From NCBI GenBank assembly GCA_010015585.1, contig ML975149.1: a stretch of DNA of 64,000 nt; one strand, 5' to 3'. A model generated the notes under the pieces. It was given only the letters and a program-made list of their open reading frames with translations, was not told where the DNA came from and ran no database searches. Source of the stretch: Eremomyces bilateralis CBS 781.70. Lineage: Eukaryota. Both the position numbers and the translations under genes were made by a program. Shown here piece by piece: positions 1-10,713 of this stretch (the stretch's first letter is position 1; every line of letters begins with the position of its first letter).

Positions 1-630
1 AACTCTCTCGGAGCGAAGACGGCGCTTCCCAAGAGACATGGATAAGTCATCCATATTAAGAAAGAAGTTGCAACATATTGATATGCTTTGTATCTCTTAG
101 AGCTCAAATCCTCTAGTTGGAGCATGTTGGGTAAACAAAAGTCGCGACTGCTGGGCATTCATTCATTGGCTCGGCTTTTGCCGAATAAGTCTTGGCATTA
201 TTTACGAATATTCGCGAATAATACGAATAAAACGTCTCGAAATTTAGTCGAATACGAATAATCGTTCCCAGGGAAAAGTCGAATACGAATAGCCAAAATC
301 CTTATTCGTGTCCAGCCCTAAAGGATTTTGGCTATTCGTATTCGACTTCTCCATTGGAATGATTATTCGTATTCGACTAAATTTTGAGACGCTTTATTCG
401 TATTATTCGTGAATAATTGCGAATAATGCCAAGACTTATTCGGCGAAAGCCGAGCCAATGAATGAATGCCCAGCAGTCGCGACTTTTGTTTACCCCAACA
501 CGGTCTGGAAGATTTGAGCTCCAAGAGATACAAAGCATATCAATATGTTGCAACTCCTTTCTCAATAATATGGATGACTCATCCATGTCTCTTGGGAGTT
601 GGGAAGCGCCGTCTTCGCTCCGAGAGAGTT
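1..630. repeat. Long imperfect inverted repeat (arms 1-303 and 321-630), probably two opposed ends of a hAT-like element
   Basis: 1-303 is the reverse complement of 321-630 with scattered substitutions and small indels. The 17-nt spacer reads TAGGGCTGGACACGAAT on the minus strand, resembling a hAT TIR tip. The arms carry many CGAATA subterminal repeats. Confidence 0.85.
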
Positions 631-700
631 GATTATCATGTTCTTAATAATGGTAGTGACGAGGAAGCCTCCCAGAGAACAGTACTAGCAAAAGGCGTTG

Positions 701-731
701 TTCAGGTTGAACCCGTAATGTGGCCGTATGT
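701..731 (-). pseudogene. 5S rRNA 5' fragment
   Basis: TTCAGGTTGA...ATGTGGCCGTATGT matches 918-940 of the intact copy apart from a 7-nt insertion. It has the same GAAGCTTTTC flank as the intact copy. Confidence 0.7.
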
Positions 732-821
732 ACGTACTAGCGATTGAAGCTTTTCGCAACATAAACGAGCCGTAGATTCATTCCGCCCACTAAAAGCTTG
801 CTACAATGGTCAAAAATAAAA

Positions 822-940
822 ACATACAGCAATAGGAGTTCCCACGTGGTCACCCACCGTAGTACTATTCTATCTCTAACCTGCTTGAGTACGGCAGAGC
901 GGACGGGATGCCCTATATTCAGGTTGATGTGGCCGTATGT
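822..940 (-). rRNA. 5S ribosomal RNA gene (119 nt)
   Basis: Minus strand reads ACATACGGCCAC...GGGCATCCCGTCCGCTCTGCCGTACTCAAGC...TAGTACTACGGTGGGTGACCACGTGGGAACTCC...GCTGTATGT. The termini pair (helix I) and an oligo-T Pol III terminator follows. Confidence 0.92.
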
Positions 941-1007
941 AGCGTTATGTGAAGCTTTTCACAATATCAACCTAGCAATCTGCAAAATTCAACAAAACAA
1001 AACAAAA

Positions 1008-1048
1008 ACATACAGCAATGGGAGTTCCCCTATGGTCTCCCAGCAGTA
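1008..1048 (-). pseudogene. 5S rRNA 3' fragment (~40 nt), interrupted
   Basis: ACATACAGCAATGGGAGTTCCCCTATGGTCTCCCAGCAGTA parallels 822 onwards and has an adjacent T-rich terminator on the minus strand. Similarity stops abruptly at about 1048. Confidence 0.8.
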
Positions 1049-1302
1049 TAAACGAGGCCGAAATCAGAGGGTCAATACCGCCAAAAGACGAGGGTCCGTC
1101 GAAAATACTCTCTCTGCAGCCATGGTAAGGATTGTAAAGAAGCTGTTTCTCCTTAGTTTTCCGGTCTCGCGCTCAGTCAGTCTTTTTCACAGTCTACAGT
1201 CCTCTCATTCAGTTCTAGTTTCATCGGTTCGGCGGTAGTCGACGCTATCAACGCTCCAAACAACAAAAGTTCTCTACGTCTATTCAAAGAAACGTCTTAA
1301 CA

Positions 1303-1992
1303 ATGGCGCTATGACGCTTTATTAGAAAGGGCGAAGCTAGAGAATAGGAGGCAAAGGAGCTTCTGGCTGGTTTCCAGAGCATTCCCCTCGACGTTACGGT
1401 CCCAGTGTCGGACAGAACTTCGTACAAGCGCGGCTACGCCATGAGGCTTTTCAAAGAGTACGGAACACTTGGATTTATCATGCTTATGACCTATACTCAT
1501 ATCCTCTAGATACGTTCGCGATGTCCTACACCGCGACCCGGACGATACCTGGTTATTCCTTTTCAGCTCTTCACCAGAAGAGGTAACTTTTGCTCAGGAT
1601 ATATGTCGTGCCTTTCTCCTGACCTATATCTCGGACTCATCGGTCTCCAGGGTTGTGTTGGGAGATCAAGGATCTGAGGAGGCCTAATACGTTACTCGAG
1701 TGTCAACCGTCCTGATACTCTGGAGAGCTCTCATGTAGGAAGGAGACGAAGCAGTCTTTGTACCCAAAAGAAGCGAAAACCAGCACACTCAAAACCAATG
1801 GACACTCGTAAACCCTAGTGGTAAACTAATTATAGGGCCAGTCTGGGAGGTTGCAAACGTAACGTCCGCCCTTCACTTATGTATAGAAGTATACTAACGT
1901 CACTGCAGTAGATTATCTACGATTTGCCTTCGCTCACTAGTACTTCTAATAGACTCTTGCGCCAAAAGCGGGCTACGACTGCTTAAGATGAT
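1303..1992 (+). pseudogene. Truncated, RIP-damaged N-terminus of a putative Starship captain (DUF3435-type tyrosine recombinase)
   Basis: ATG at 1303; introns about 1458-1509 and 1859-1908. Spliced frame: MAL*RFIRKGEARE*EAKELL...CRAFLLTYISDSSVSRVVLGDQGSEEA*YVTRVSTVLILWRALM*EGDEAVFVPKRSENQHTQNQWTL...GPVWEVAN*IIYDLPSL...QKRATTA*D. This resembles captain N-termini as I recall them; the catalytic region is absent. Confidence 0.65.
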
Positions 1993-2029
1993 AAATGTTC
2001 AGATATTGTAAAGAGCTTCGGACGGCCTT

Positions 2030-2262
2030 CTCATTTAGCGTCATCGGCCAGTAGTAGCTCGACCACCTTCTCATGGCCTCTATCACTGGCGGTTTGCAGC
2101 ACTGTGCCGTACGATCCGCCTTCCACGTCTATATCGGCACCGTGCGCCAGTAGCCGCTCGGCCACCTTCTCGTGGCCTCTATCGCTGGCGGCTTGCAAGC
2201 GCCGTGCCGTACTGTCCGTCTTGCACGTTCACGTCGGCGCTGTGCGCCAGCAGCCGCTCCAC
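2030..2262 (-). pseudogene. Ankyrin-repeat fragment (NACHT/NLR-ANK type)
   Basis: Minus strand: VERLLAHSADVNVQDGQYGT/ALQAASDRGHEKVAERLLAHGADIDVEGGSYGTVLQTASDRGHEKVVELLL, with one frameshift. Confidence 0.8.
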
Positions 2263-2714
2263 TGCATGTATCAAGCCCCCAAATGAAGCATAGTATAACG
2301 CTGAAGCTGGATCTCCGCTCTTAGTTGGCTTATTATTCTATGGCCAATCTGGCTGATAGAGGCTGTAACAGTTTCAATGGGACTGTGGGTAATGGCAGAA
2401 AAATTGTCCGACAAACTCTTGCAGTCTTTCGTCCTTGCTTTAGCCGCTACGGCGTGGCCTATCTAATATCTTGCGCCCTAGCGGCTGGTATGCAGCGTTC
2501 AACTATAAGTACAGGTGTTCCTGCCCTTCGCTTTCAGAAATCAAGCCGTTCCTGGTCAGAGCTGCTTCTTCTTCCGCCTAAGTACGGTAACCTCTCTACT
2601 AATAGTCTTTCTAGCTGTTCTGTGTCTATGTACTTGTCAGACCTTTCCTGCTCCTCCTCTGCTTCTGTTTACAAATTATCGCTCGTCTACGCTGTGTATT
2701 TGAGTACTGTGGAT

Positions 2715-4230
2715 AGACTGCCCGGAATTGCTCCAGGAGCCCTGCCCTGAGGATCATCTTCGCTGCTTGCACTGCCATTGACGAGCTACAGAGAATGCGC
2801 TTGATGTCTACGCATGGTTGCCTGCCTGACCACATTCGGTCTCGTTCGTCGGTCCAGTTTCAGCATTCAAGGAGAATGTGCCGCACCGTTTGCGGCCCGT
2901 GACCGCACTGGCATTGGTCGGTATCGGCCCTGTTGATGGCGTGGAGATACGCCGGGAGGCTGATCTTGCCCGTGCGCATCTGAGTGACCACTGAACTGAT
3001 TGCTCTGTGGGTTCCAATGCGTGTGTCGAGCGTCGCTTTCCCAGGCCGGACTCCGAGCTTGAAGAGCTCTCTACCATGCTTGGTCGTTTCCCACGATCTC
3101 GCCCATTCGCTTCTCATCGTTTGACGGATGGAAGATTTTGAGGTGGCTATTAAGGTCCGTAGAGAGTCTGGAGCCGGCGGAGGTTGGGGCCGTGTTGGCA
3201 CGTCCGAGTTGAAGCCCGCGGCTTCCTTTGCGGCTTGATCTGCTAATTCATTGCCTGGTACTCCGACATGTGCCGGGATCCATCGGAAATGCACATCCCA
3301 CCCGTGGCTATGGAGCGCGTCGAGTGCTTGTATGGCCTCGGCTAGGATATACTGACCCGACCAGTGCTTGAGGTTCCGTATGGCTTGGATGGCCGCCTGG
3401 TTGTCGGCGAATATGGTGCACTTGCCGGGGGTGATGACAGTCGTATGGATATCGAGCATCATTTGCAATGCTAACACCACTCCCCTGAGTTCAGCCGCGT
3501 ATACCGTGGACGTGGTGGATGTGCCCATGTATTCCGTCTGCCTCATGTGGATGCCACTTAACTGGAGCGTGGGTGCTACTGCGGCTGCACCGACGGGGCC
3601 GCTAATGCAGCTTCCGTCTGTGTAGATGCGTATCGTTCCTGGCTCTGTGGTATCGTGGTCCTTGATCGCTTCTTCAGCGGATTCGTTGATATTGATGACT
3701 GGTGGTGTCCACCACGGCGGGACGACGTGCGTTAGGCGTTTCTCGAGTCGCTCGAGCGAAACTTTGTACTTACGCTCTAAGATGCTCTAGAGTTGGTCAA
3801 GGGGCCCTGCGCGTTGTATCTTCGGCAGGTCCTCCCTGGGACGCCGTTGTTGTCCTCAGGTGCGGTCATGTCGTCGTACAGCGGGGTGGTTATGATGCGC
3901 ATTGTGGCTTCTAATGCTGTTTGTCCGAGTTGCAGTTGTGCAGGGAGCAGATGTGCTTCTATATCGACCGCTGCACCGGCCGTTGTGCGGAAGGCTCCAG
4001 TGATGGATTGGGCTGCTCGTCTCTGTATCCTCTTGATCGCAGGTACCATAGCGTTGCCTCGACCACCGCCAGGGGCGTGCCATGCCGAGCAGCCATAGAG
4101 CATCTGGGGGACGACCATTGCCCTGTCGTAGGTTGATGGTCCCCGTTCCCCACGTTGAAGAGGCCAGAGCCGACAGGGCGGAGAGGCGCTTCGTAACCCT
4201 TGTTTCTATCTCCTCGCGGTGGTAATCCCA
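2715..4230 (-). mobile_element. 5'-truncated non-LTR retrotransposon (Tad1-like LINE): RT C-terminus, RNase H, CCHC knuckle
   Basis: [81 protein letters not shown]; frameshifts and stops present. Confidence 0.92.
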
Positions 4231-4231
4231 C

Positions 4232-5333
4232 GCAAGCCTGGTGTCAAAGGCTCGACGACGGCACGGAATGGAATCCTCTCCTAATGACATGGCTCCTGGA
4301 AATCCGTTCGCGCGACAATGATCGGCCTCCACAAGACCGATCTCGAGACGATGAAGACTCTGCCCGTCGCATGCGTCTTGCTATTGCTGCCTTCCGCGCC
4401 CGCGCAGGTCTAGACGACAACTCCCCTGAACGGTCATCCGGAACGCCCACCGAGGGACCTTCCTCCCGCCGCACCCTTCGACCCTGCCTGGAACGACTAC
4501 GAAGCGGCCCGCCGGGACGAACTGGGCACATCGAACGGCGAACCAACCCACACATCCAATCCGACACCTTCTCTCCTAATGGTCCCACTTCCAACGGCAC
4601 CAAAAATAACAACACTCCACCCCCTCCCCGCTCTTCCGGCGCCACCTCAATCCAAATCGCCCCTCCCCCCGCCCCTCACCTCATCTCTTCCACCTCCTCC
4701 CCTCCCCCCCGCCCCACTCACAACCACCTCCCGCCCACGCAACCCACGCAACCGCTTCCCTTCCCCCCCCGCTCCCGCCGCGCCCAAGCCAGCGCCCTCC
4801 GCCACGACCAGCCTCGACCGCCTCCCCCTCCCCGAAGGGCGCCCCACCATCTATCCCGGCCCTCGAGTCATGGGCGACAGCCCGCGAATCCTAGGCGACG
4901 GACCCCTGAATTTTAGGTGATGGCAGGCTGATGGGTGATGGGCGGTTAATGGGCGTCGTGGCGTCCGTGCCGCCTAATATGTTTATTCCGAGGATGAGTG
5001 GGCATATACGGCAGAGTACCAGGGGAAGTGTAGCGGGGTTGAGGATCGTGGGGTTGGCGTGGAGTGAAGATTATGAGAGTATGGGGCGGGTTGAGCAGAT
5101 AGCGGAGGGAGAGCGGGGCGCGGAGTGAGTCGGTTGGGAAGGGTGGCGTGGGTAGGAGGGGGAAGATGGTGAATGGAGAGGTGGAAGATCGAGAGATGGA
5201 TGGAAAGGAGGAGAAGGAGAGGGATGCGGATAGGAGGAATGGGGTGCGGTTGTGGGTTGGGACAGAAGAGGGAATCTTCGAGATGAATGTGAACCTTGCG
5301 GCGAGGTGTTGGAATTCGTTGGTGGCGATTTGA
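4232..5333 (+). pseudogene. 3' fragment of a host-type gene, low-complexity, ending in a WD40-like blade
   Basis: Broken frames end in GLAWSEDY...LWVGTEEGIFEMNVNLAAR, resembling C-termini of fungal WD40/DUF2415-type proteins. No 5' part is present; the fragment abuts the LINE. Confidence 0.4.
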
Positions 5334-6137
5334 GTCGCCGGACGTTCTCGCCGGTTTCTTCTGTCCTTTCACCTATCACTCCACCGTCTCCAGAGGCATA
5401 TTTTCAAAGTCAATTGAATTTGAGGAGGCCTACGTCCGGCGATACGGTGTTCATTCATTCCGTTCCTTGCGTCAACCTATCATTCCTCGCCATGATACCT
5501 CTGCAGTGCGCCGGGGCGGAAAGGCATTCGGAGTTGGAAATGGTCAGTCATGCATGAATGATGTGATTTTGAGATATGGGATCACGATTTACGCTCGCTT
5601 GAGATAAGCGGAATAGAGGGTTCGCAATTGTGTTAGTATGTCGATAGGCTTCGATGAATGGATACCTTTGTTCTCTTCCTTCGGATATGGATGAGTGCGC
5701 GTTGTAATAGACTGCCCATCAGAGAGCGCCTAATACCGTACATGTCCGAAATTCCGAGGATGCCGATGATGTATGAACTCGATCGAAGGATATAAGGTTT
5801 GCCATTTTCCATCCACTGCGAGGTACCCCGTACAAAGATACTGTTCCCGAGAAGTCCGAAAGGTAATTACCTACAGGTATGGTAGTTAGTATCCAACACC
5901 CCTACTAGAGCCCCAGATATGAGGAGTTAACTCAGTTAGGGACAAGCACCCCTCAGTAAACGCTGCACGAGCACCAAACTATTCAAACCAAAGGTTTTGC
6001 AATACGAACAATCAACAAGGCTAACTATTAAGTTGTAGTGAGCTAACTAGATGGATATCTGTCGCAATCTTTCTCTCTGCCCTCTCGCTACAATGTGCGT
6101 GTCGTGAAAACAGTCCTTACCGTGTCGCATCTCCAAA

Positions 6138-7083
6138 ATGGCAGGCTTCCGTCGAATATTCTCTACCGTTCATGTTTTGTTCATTGCTGTTCTAATCCAA
6201 TCCGTCTCGTCTCAAACAGCAGTAACGAACAGAATCATCATTAAAGCGTATCCATCGGATGGTGCGGTTCTCGGTGAGAAAACCACCCTCGAATATGAGG
6301 CACCAACAAACGATGTATGTGAACCCCAAAATTCGATGTGTCCTGTATATGATTGAGAAAGCGCTCATATATCTTCAAATTTAGCCCGTGAAGATCGAGC
6401 TCTTCTGGGATGGTTCGTTCAACGCAACCGTCGGTAAGTACGCAGTTCATTCAATCGGGCAGCGCGTGGTCAGCGCTTGCGGAACTTTCTTCTTCCTTTC
6501 CCACGCGAGGACTTATCCGCTGATCTTGTTTGTCATGATAGGGAGCGGGACGGACGGCTCCTTCGATTGGACTCCATCCACCTCTCTGGTAGCAGGACCC
6601 GATTACTACCTGACGTTCAGCCAATCCATAAGCAACTCCGCCCTAGGGTTACTGAATTGGTCGGACCCGTTCCCACTGCTGAGAAAAACGGAGAATGGGA
6701 TAGTCACTTCTGACGGACCGACTAATTTGCCATCCTCGACGTCGTCATCCGTACCATCTTCTTCACCAACCGGAGAGACATCATCCCCTTCATCCGACAC
6801 AGCTGGCAAAACCGGTCTGTCAATCGGCGAGAAAGTCGCCATTGGCATCACTGTACCCATCGCCGTGATTATCCTCATCGCTGCCGCCTTCTTTTTCGGT
6901 CGACGGAGAGCTGCAAAACGAAAGTCTGCGGTGGCTGAACCGTATACTGAGAAGCCAGAATTGGATGGAACTGCGAAAGAGCATGATATATTGGATGGAC
7001 GAGAGGTCGTCGCGTGGGAGTTAGCCGCACAGGACAGTGGAAGAGACGGGAAAGCAAGAGGGCCGGTGAGTGAGTTGCCTTGA
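6138..7083 (+). CDS. Type I membrane protein: signal peptide, Kre9/GPI-like beta domain, Ser/Thr stalk, one TM helix, short tail
   Basis: Signal MAGFRRIFSTVHVLFIAVLIQSVSS; two introns (about 6315-6383 and 6433-6541); GSFDWTP...DYYL motif; TM GLSIGEKVAIGITVPIAVIILIAAAFFF followed by RRR; KPELDG/ELP tail motifs. Confidence 0.8.
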
Positions 7084-7781
7084 TTGGTGCGAGAAAGATA
7101 TGTCGCATAGGCTGGATAGACAGGTTGCGCTGTCTGAACACATGCGTACCACGCATCCTCTCATGTATTCTCTCCGAACGAAGAATACCACGACTTTAAT
7201 CTGCAATATTAAAGTAAATGCTGGACTTCGAAAGCGCGACAGCAATTGCATCCTCAAGTTGCCAGAAACTCCATCATCGAGATACGACAGGCGACATCTT
7301 CCAGGTCGAAGTTGGAGCATGCTGTCAACCAAATGTCTCTATTTTCCTTTCTCAACGTTCAAGAAGCCATGCAGTTAATGCATTTCTGCCTTGAATCCTA
7401 GCGTTGTTTGTCTCGTCTTTTGAAGGTACGGAGTCTCCAAAGTCCAGGGAGCCGGTTTCAGAAGAACCGAGAGCGAAAAATACGCCTTGCATGGAAGGTG
7501 ATCAAGTTAAGGACACCGCCAACAGAAGTTATAGGACCCTGCCAGACACTGCAAATGTTGCACAGAACACGCAACCACCCTTGCGGTATATCCTCCCTAA
7601 GGCTAAGTATGGCAAGATCCGACTCGAAGGATGGCAATGAGGGTTTATTAAATCCGTGCTTAGTCCATACGTGCAGTAACTCTTAACCCTTTTATTCCAG
7701 AGCACGCCCGCGCCTGCGGAGCGCTGCTACTGTTTCTCATGATGGAAAATCTTCGCGGTTTCACAGCCTGGCTTCAAGAGA

Positions 7782-8415
7782 ATGGCGAGAGTTTGTTATA
7801 ACTTAGTGCTACAGACTGTACTTTTCGTTCTTATTTATGTTCAATTGGTCTGCTCTCAAAACGTTGAGCCCCTTCGGACCACATGTTATCCAGCGCAGGG
7901 CGCAAGAGCTGGCGAGACGACGCTTATCACATATGACTCTCCAAATCAGCAATCGGTACGGTGACAATTGCGCTCTTGTCTGAATACATCGACTGACGAT
8001 TTAGCCTGTCACGATAGGCCTCACCAAAGGAAACGTCGTTCATATAATCACAAGTACGTTGTCCAGGACCAAACCAAGATCCTCAAACGACACTCGGTTC
8101 GATATGTTGTGTGCTGATACCATAACCAGGTACCGCAACTGGCGGATCATTCAGCTGGGTCCCAGCTCTTGATCTTGAACCCGCAAACGACTATGCCCTC
8201 ACGATCAACCAAGGCGACCCAGTCAACTATTCCAGCCAGTTCGCCATAACTCGGCCAATCACCACTTCATCAGTGACTGCGAACACTTCCTCGCCCACCG
8301 GTTCCAGCTCATTGCCATCGAATTCATCTCCTTCCTCCACCGCTGCTCCCGAAGCCGGAGGCAGCGGAGGCTTAAACACCGCTGAGAAAGCCGCATTAGG
8401 CGTCACGATCCCGAC
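7782..8415 (+). pseudogene. Tandem paralog of the 6138-7083 gene, truncated within the TM helix
   Basis: Same two-intron layout; YPAQGARAGETTLITYDSP, GSFSWVPALDLEPANDYAL, GLNTAEKAALGVTIP, after which similarity ends. Confidence 0.7.
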
Positions 8416-9165
8416 CAGGCGCTGCCAGTATTACAGGCCACTCCCTGAATGCAGTCCTTGCTGCTGCTCTCTTGCCAATACTTCTTAGCATCCTTGGCTA
8501 AATGTCCGGAAACGTACATATCTACTTTAGTCTATCACAGCCCTATCTTTATTTCCAGCCTCATCAATAACCTTTCACCAAGTTTTACACTCAATGAATG
8601 CATGGGACTAATCCAACTGCTGTCACTCCTTTTAATTTCTAGTCCGAGAAATAATTTACAGTCTTAACCAGAGGATATGATGCTGTCAATTCAAATCCCT
8701 CATATTGACCTATTGAAGTGAGTGGCAGAGACTCTCAAGGGCTATCATGTCATTCCTCCGCTTGCAAAGTGTCCAGACCCCAGATGTTCGTCGTCGCTTT
8801 CGAAGGGAACTGTTAAAGCCAATCCAATTGTTTACATTTTATACACCTGCTAGTGACGAGCGATTAGCGAAAGTGAGCATCTGTGGCGTAATTGCGCTTT
8901 GGCATCGAGCTCACGCGTATGCGATGCTCAATATTTGCGTATTTTAGTTTTAGAGAGACAATGCGGCGCCACTGTGAAATTCCACAAACATGAAGGCAAT
9001 TATTGACAACTGCCTTCATACACAATTTCCTTCAAATCGCGTTTCTACAACTATTTCGCGCATGTACTTTGTTTGCTGTATAATCTGGAATGCATGTCCA
9101 TATTATATACCACAGAAATCATCTAAAACAGCCAGTACGTCGCTTAATATGGCCTTGCGACCATT

Positions 9166-9879
9166 TCAAAGCATGCCATAGATGATCAACCCAAAACCCC
9201 CGGCCACCATATTGGCGACAGCCCCTTCCATCTTCACAGCTGCGCCAGTAAACGTAGCCAGGGAGGACGAGGTGCGAGTCGCGGACACTCGAATTGTGCC
9301 AGGCGCCATACCACCGGTCGTTGACCGTGCACCATCACAATGCCAGTGATCGCCGTGCGGCTCACAGCCATAGGATGCCGTCGGACTTGGGTGCGGTGCA
9401 CCCGTCCCTGAAGCGTGGTCCTCGCCGTGGGAGGAGGGCATAGCGCCAACAGCGGAGCTCGATGTAAAAACGATCGCTGACTCGGCACTGGAGACCGTCA
9501 CGCTCACGGGAACGCTGGTGGTGGGGTGCGAAACCGGACCCTCGCAGTCCCTGAAGACCTTAACATGGACGAATAGAAGACGCGCCCGGCAGTGAAACCT
9601 ACCAGTGGTCATCATGCGGGACGCACCCAACCGACTCGGTCGGGGATGGTCCAGGAGAGACGACGGAGGCGGCGGACGTGGGGGGCGCAGCGGGCCCCTC
9701 GCAGTGCCTAGGAAGAGTTGTGAACATGAGTTATAAAGTAAGTGGTTTGCAATGGCAGCTTACCAGTGGTCACCATGCGGGGCGCAACCGAAAGACTCAG
9801 TGGGAGATGGCCCAGGGTCCTGTGCGAGGGCAGTGACAAAGCTGCAGAGAGCGGAAAGGAGGACAGCGGACAAGCGCAT
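9166..9879 (-). CDS. Secreted, probably GPI-anchored protein with three PSPTxSxGCxPHxDHWxCxG repeats (putative metal/zinc binding)
   Basis: Exons 9879-9764, 9707-9603, 9550-9166. Signal MRLSAVLLSALCSFVTALA; repeats CAPHGDHWHC, CVPHDDHWDC, CEPHGDHWHC; Ser/Thr linkers; C-terminal FTGAA plus hydrophobic tail. Confidence 0.85.
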
Positions 9880-10035
9880 ATTGATAGTAAACAAGCAGTT
9901 GTAAGCTTCACGTGTGCCCAAGTTCGAGAAGATCGGCGGATATCAGTCGAAATATGATACTCGCGACGTCTTTACGGTCAAAGTACGTATGTATGCACCG
10001 GCTCCAAAGAATAAGTATAAGTAATCAAGAGCAGT

Positions 10036-10540
10036 TCGCCATCAAGGTATAAAGGGGTGACCTATCGTCACGATGAGTCCTATTGCCAAGTAGCCGGGCG
10101 TTCTGGACTAGGAAAAGAGCGTGGGATTCTGCATTGCTCTACTTCTGGATACGCGACTCGTAGCACCCCACACGCGATATCGGATTTATTTCATAATGAT
10201 ATTAACACTCAGTCGGATCGATTCCATTAAGTAGAACCTCAGTGTCGAACTCTTAAGTCCATTTAATGAGCTGTGTATTTTCTAGAACTGGACTCCAGGA
10301 CAAATCACTTTGATACGAAGACGAACCAGCAGTCAAGTACCATAGTCAAGCAGGGAAGATCGCATGGGTGGCCCAAGCTCGAGCTCTCCAGCTTCACTGC
10401 TTCAGTGCTTCACTGCTTCAGAGCTTCTCGGCTAGTATTTCTCTTCGTCTCTCAGTTCTCGCCATCAAGGTATTCCACTGCATCGCCCGCAGAGACTGGC
10501 ATCAATTACTCACTCACTCACTCACTCGCCATCAAGGTAT
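10036..10540 (+). promoter_or_regulatory. Three identical TCGCCATCAAGGTAT 15-mers (10036, 10459, 10526), putative ZafA/Zap1-type zinc-responsive elements
   Basis: Exact triple repeat in a divergent promoter. CAAGGT is the core of the Aspergillus ZafA binding motif. Confidence 0.7.
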
Positions 10541-10713
10541 TACCACAAACCGTCTACAGCTTGCACAATGGTGCGCCACGTAAAAGAACATTTTCATACT
10601 GTGTAGGCCTGCATAGCCAGGAAGCCCAGGATATATGTAATGGAACTGACTGAGGACGGCATACCAGAAGTTTGTTAAGTTTCTCTCTGTACAGTGTTTA
10701 TTATATTCATGTC

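Noticed and set aside
180..450. CGAATA repeats as a CRISPR-like array
   Set aside because: Eukaryotic context with no constant repeat-spacer period; better explained as transposon subterminal repeats.
798..1238. 146-aa ORF on the plus strand
   Set aside because: It is the antisense reading of the 5S gene and fragment and has no protein features.
2400..2700. Possible pogo transposase C-terminal remnant ([12 protein letters not shown]) on the minus strand
   Set aside because: Too short and stop-ridden, and no TIR was found.
9708..9911. ORF-track peptide MKLTTACLL...
   Set aside because: Wrong frame with a GTG start. The ATG at 9879 gives a signal peptide and the repeat motif.
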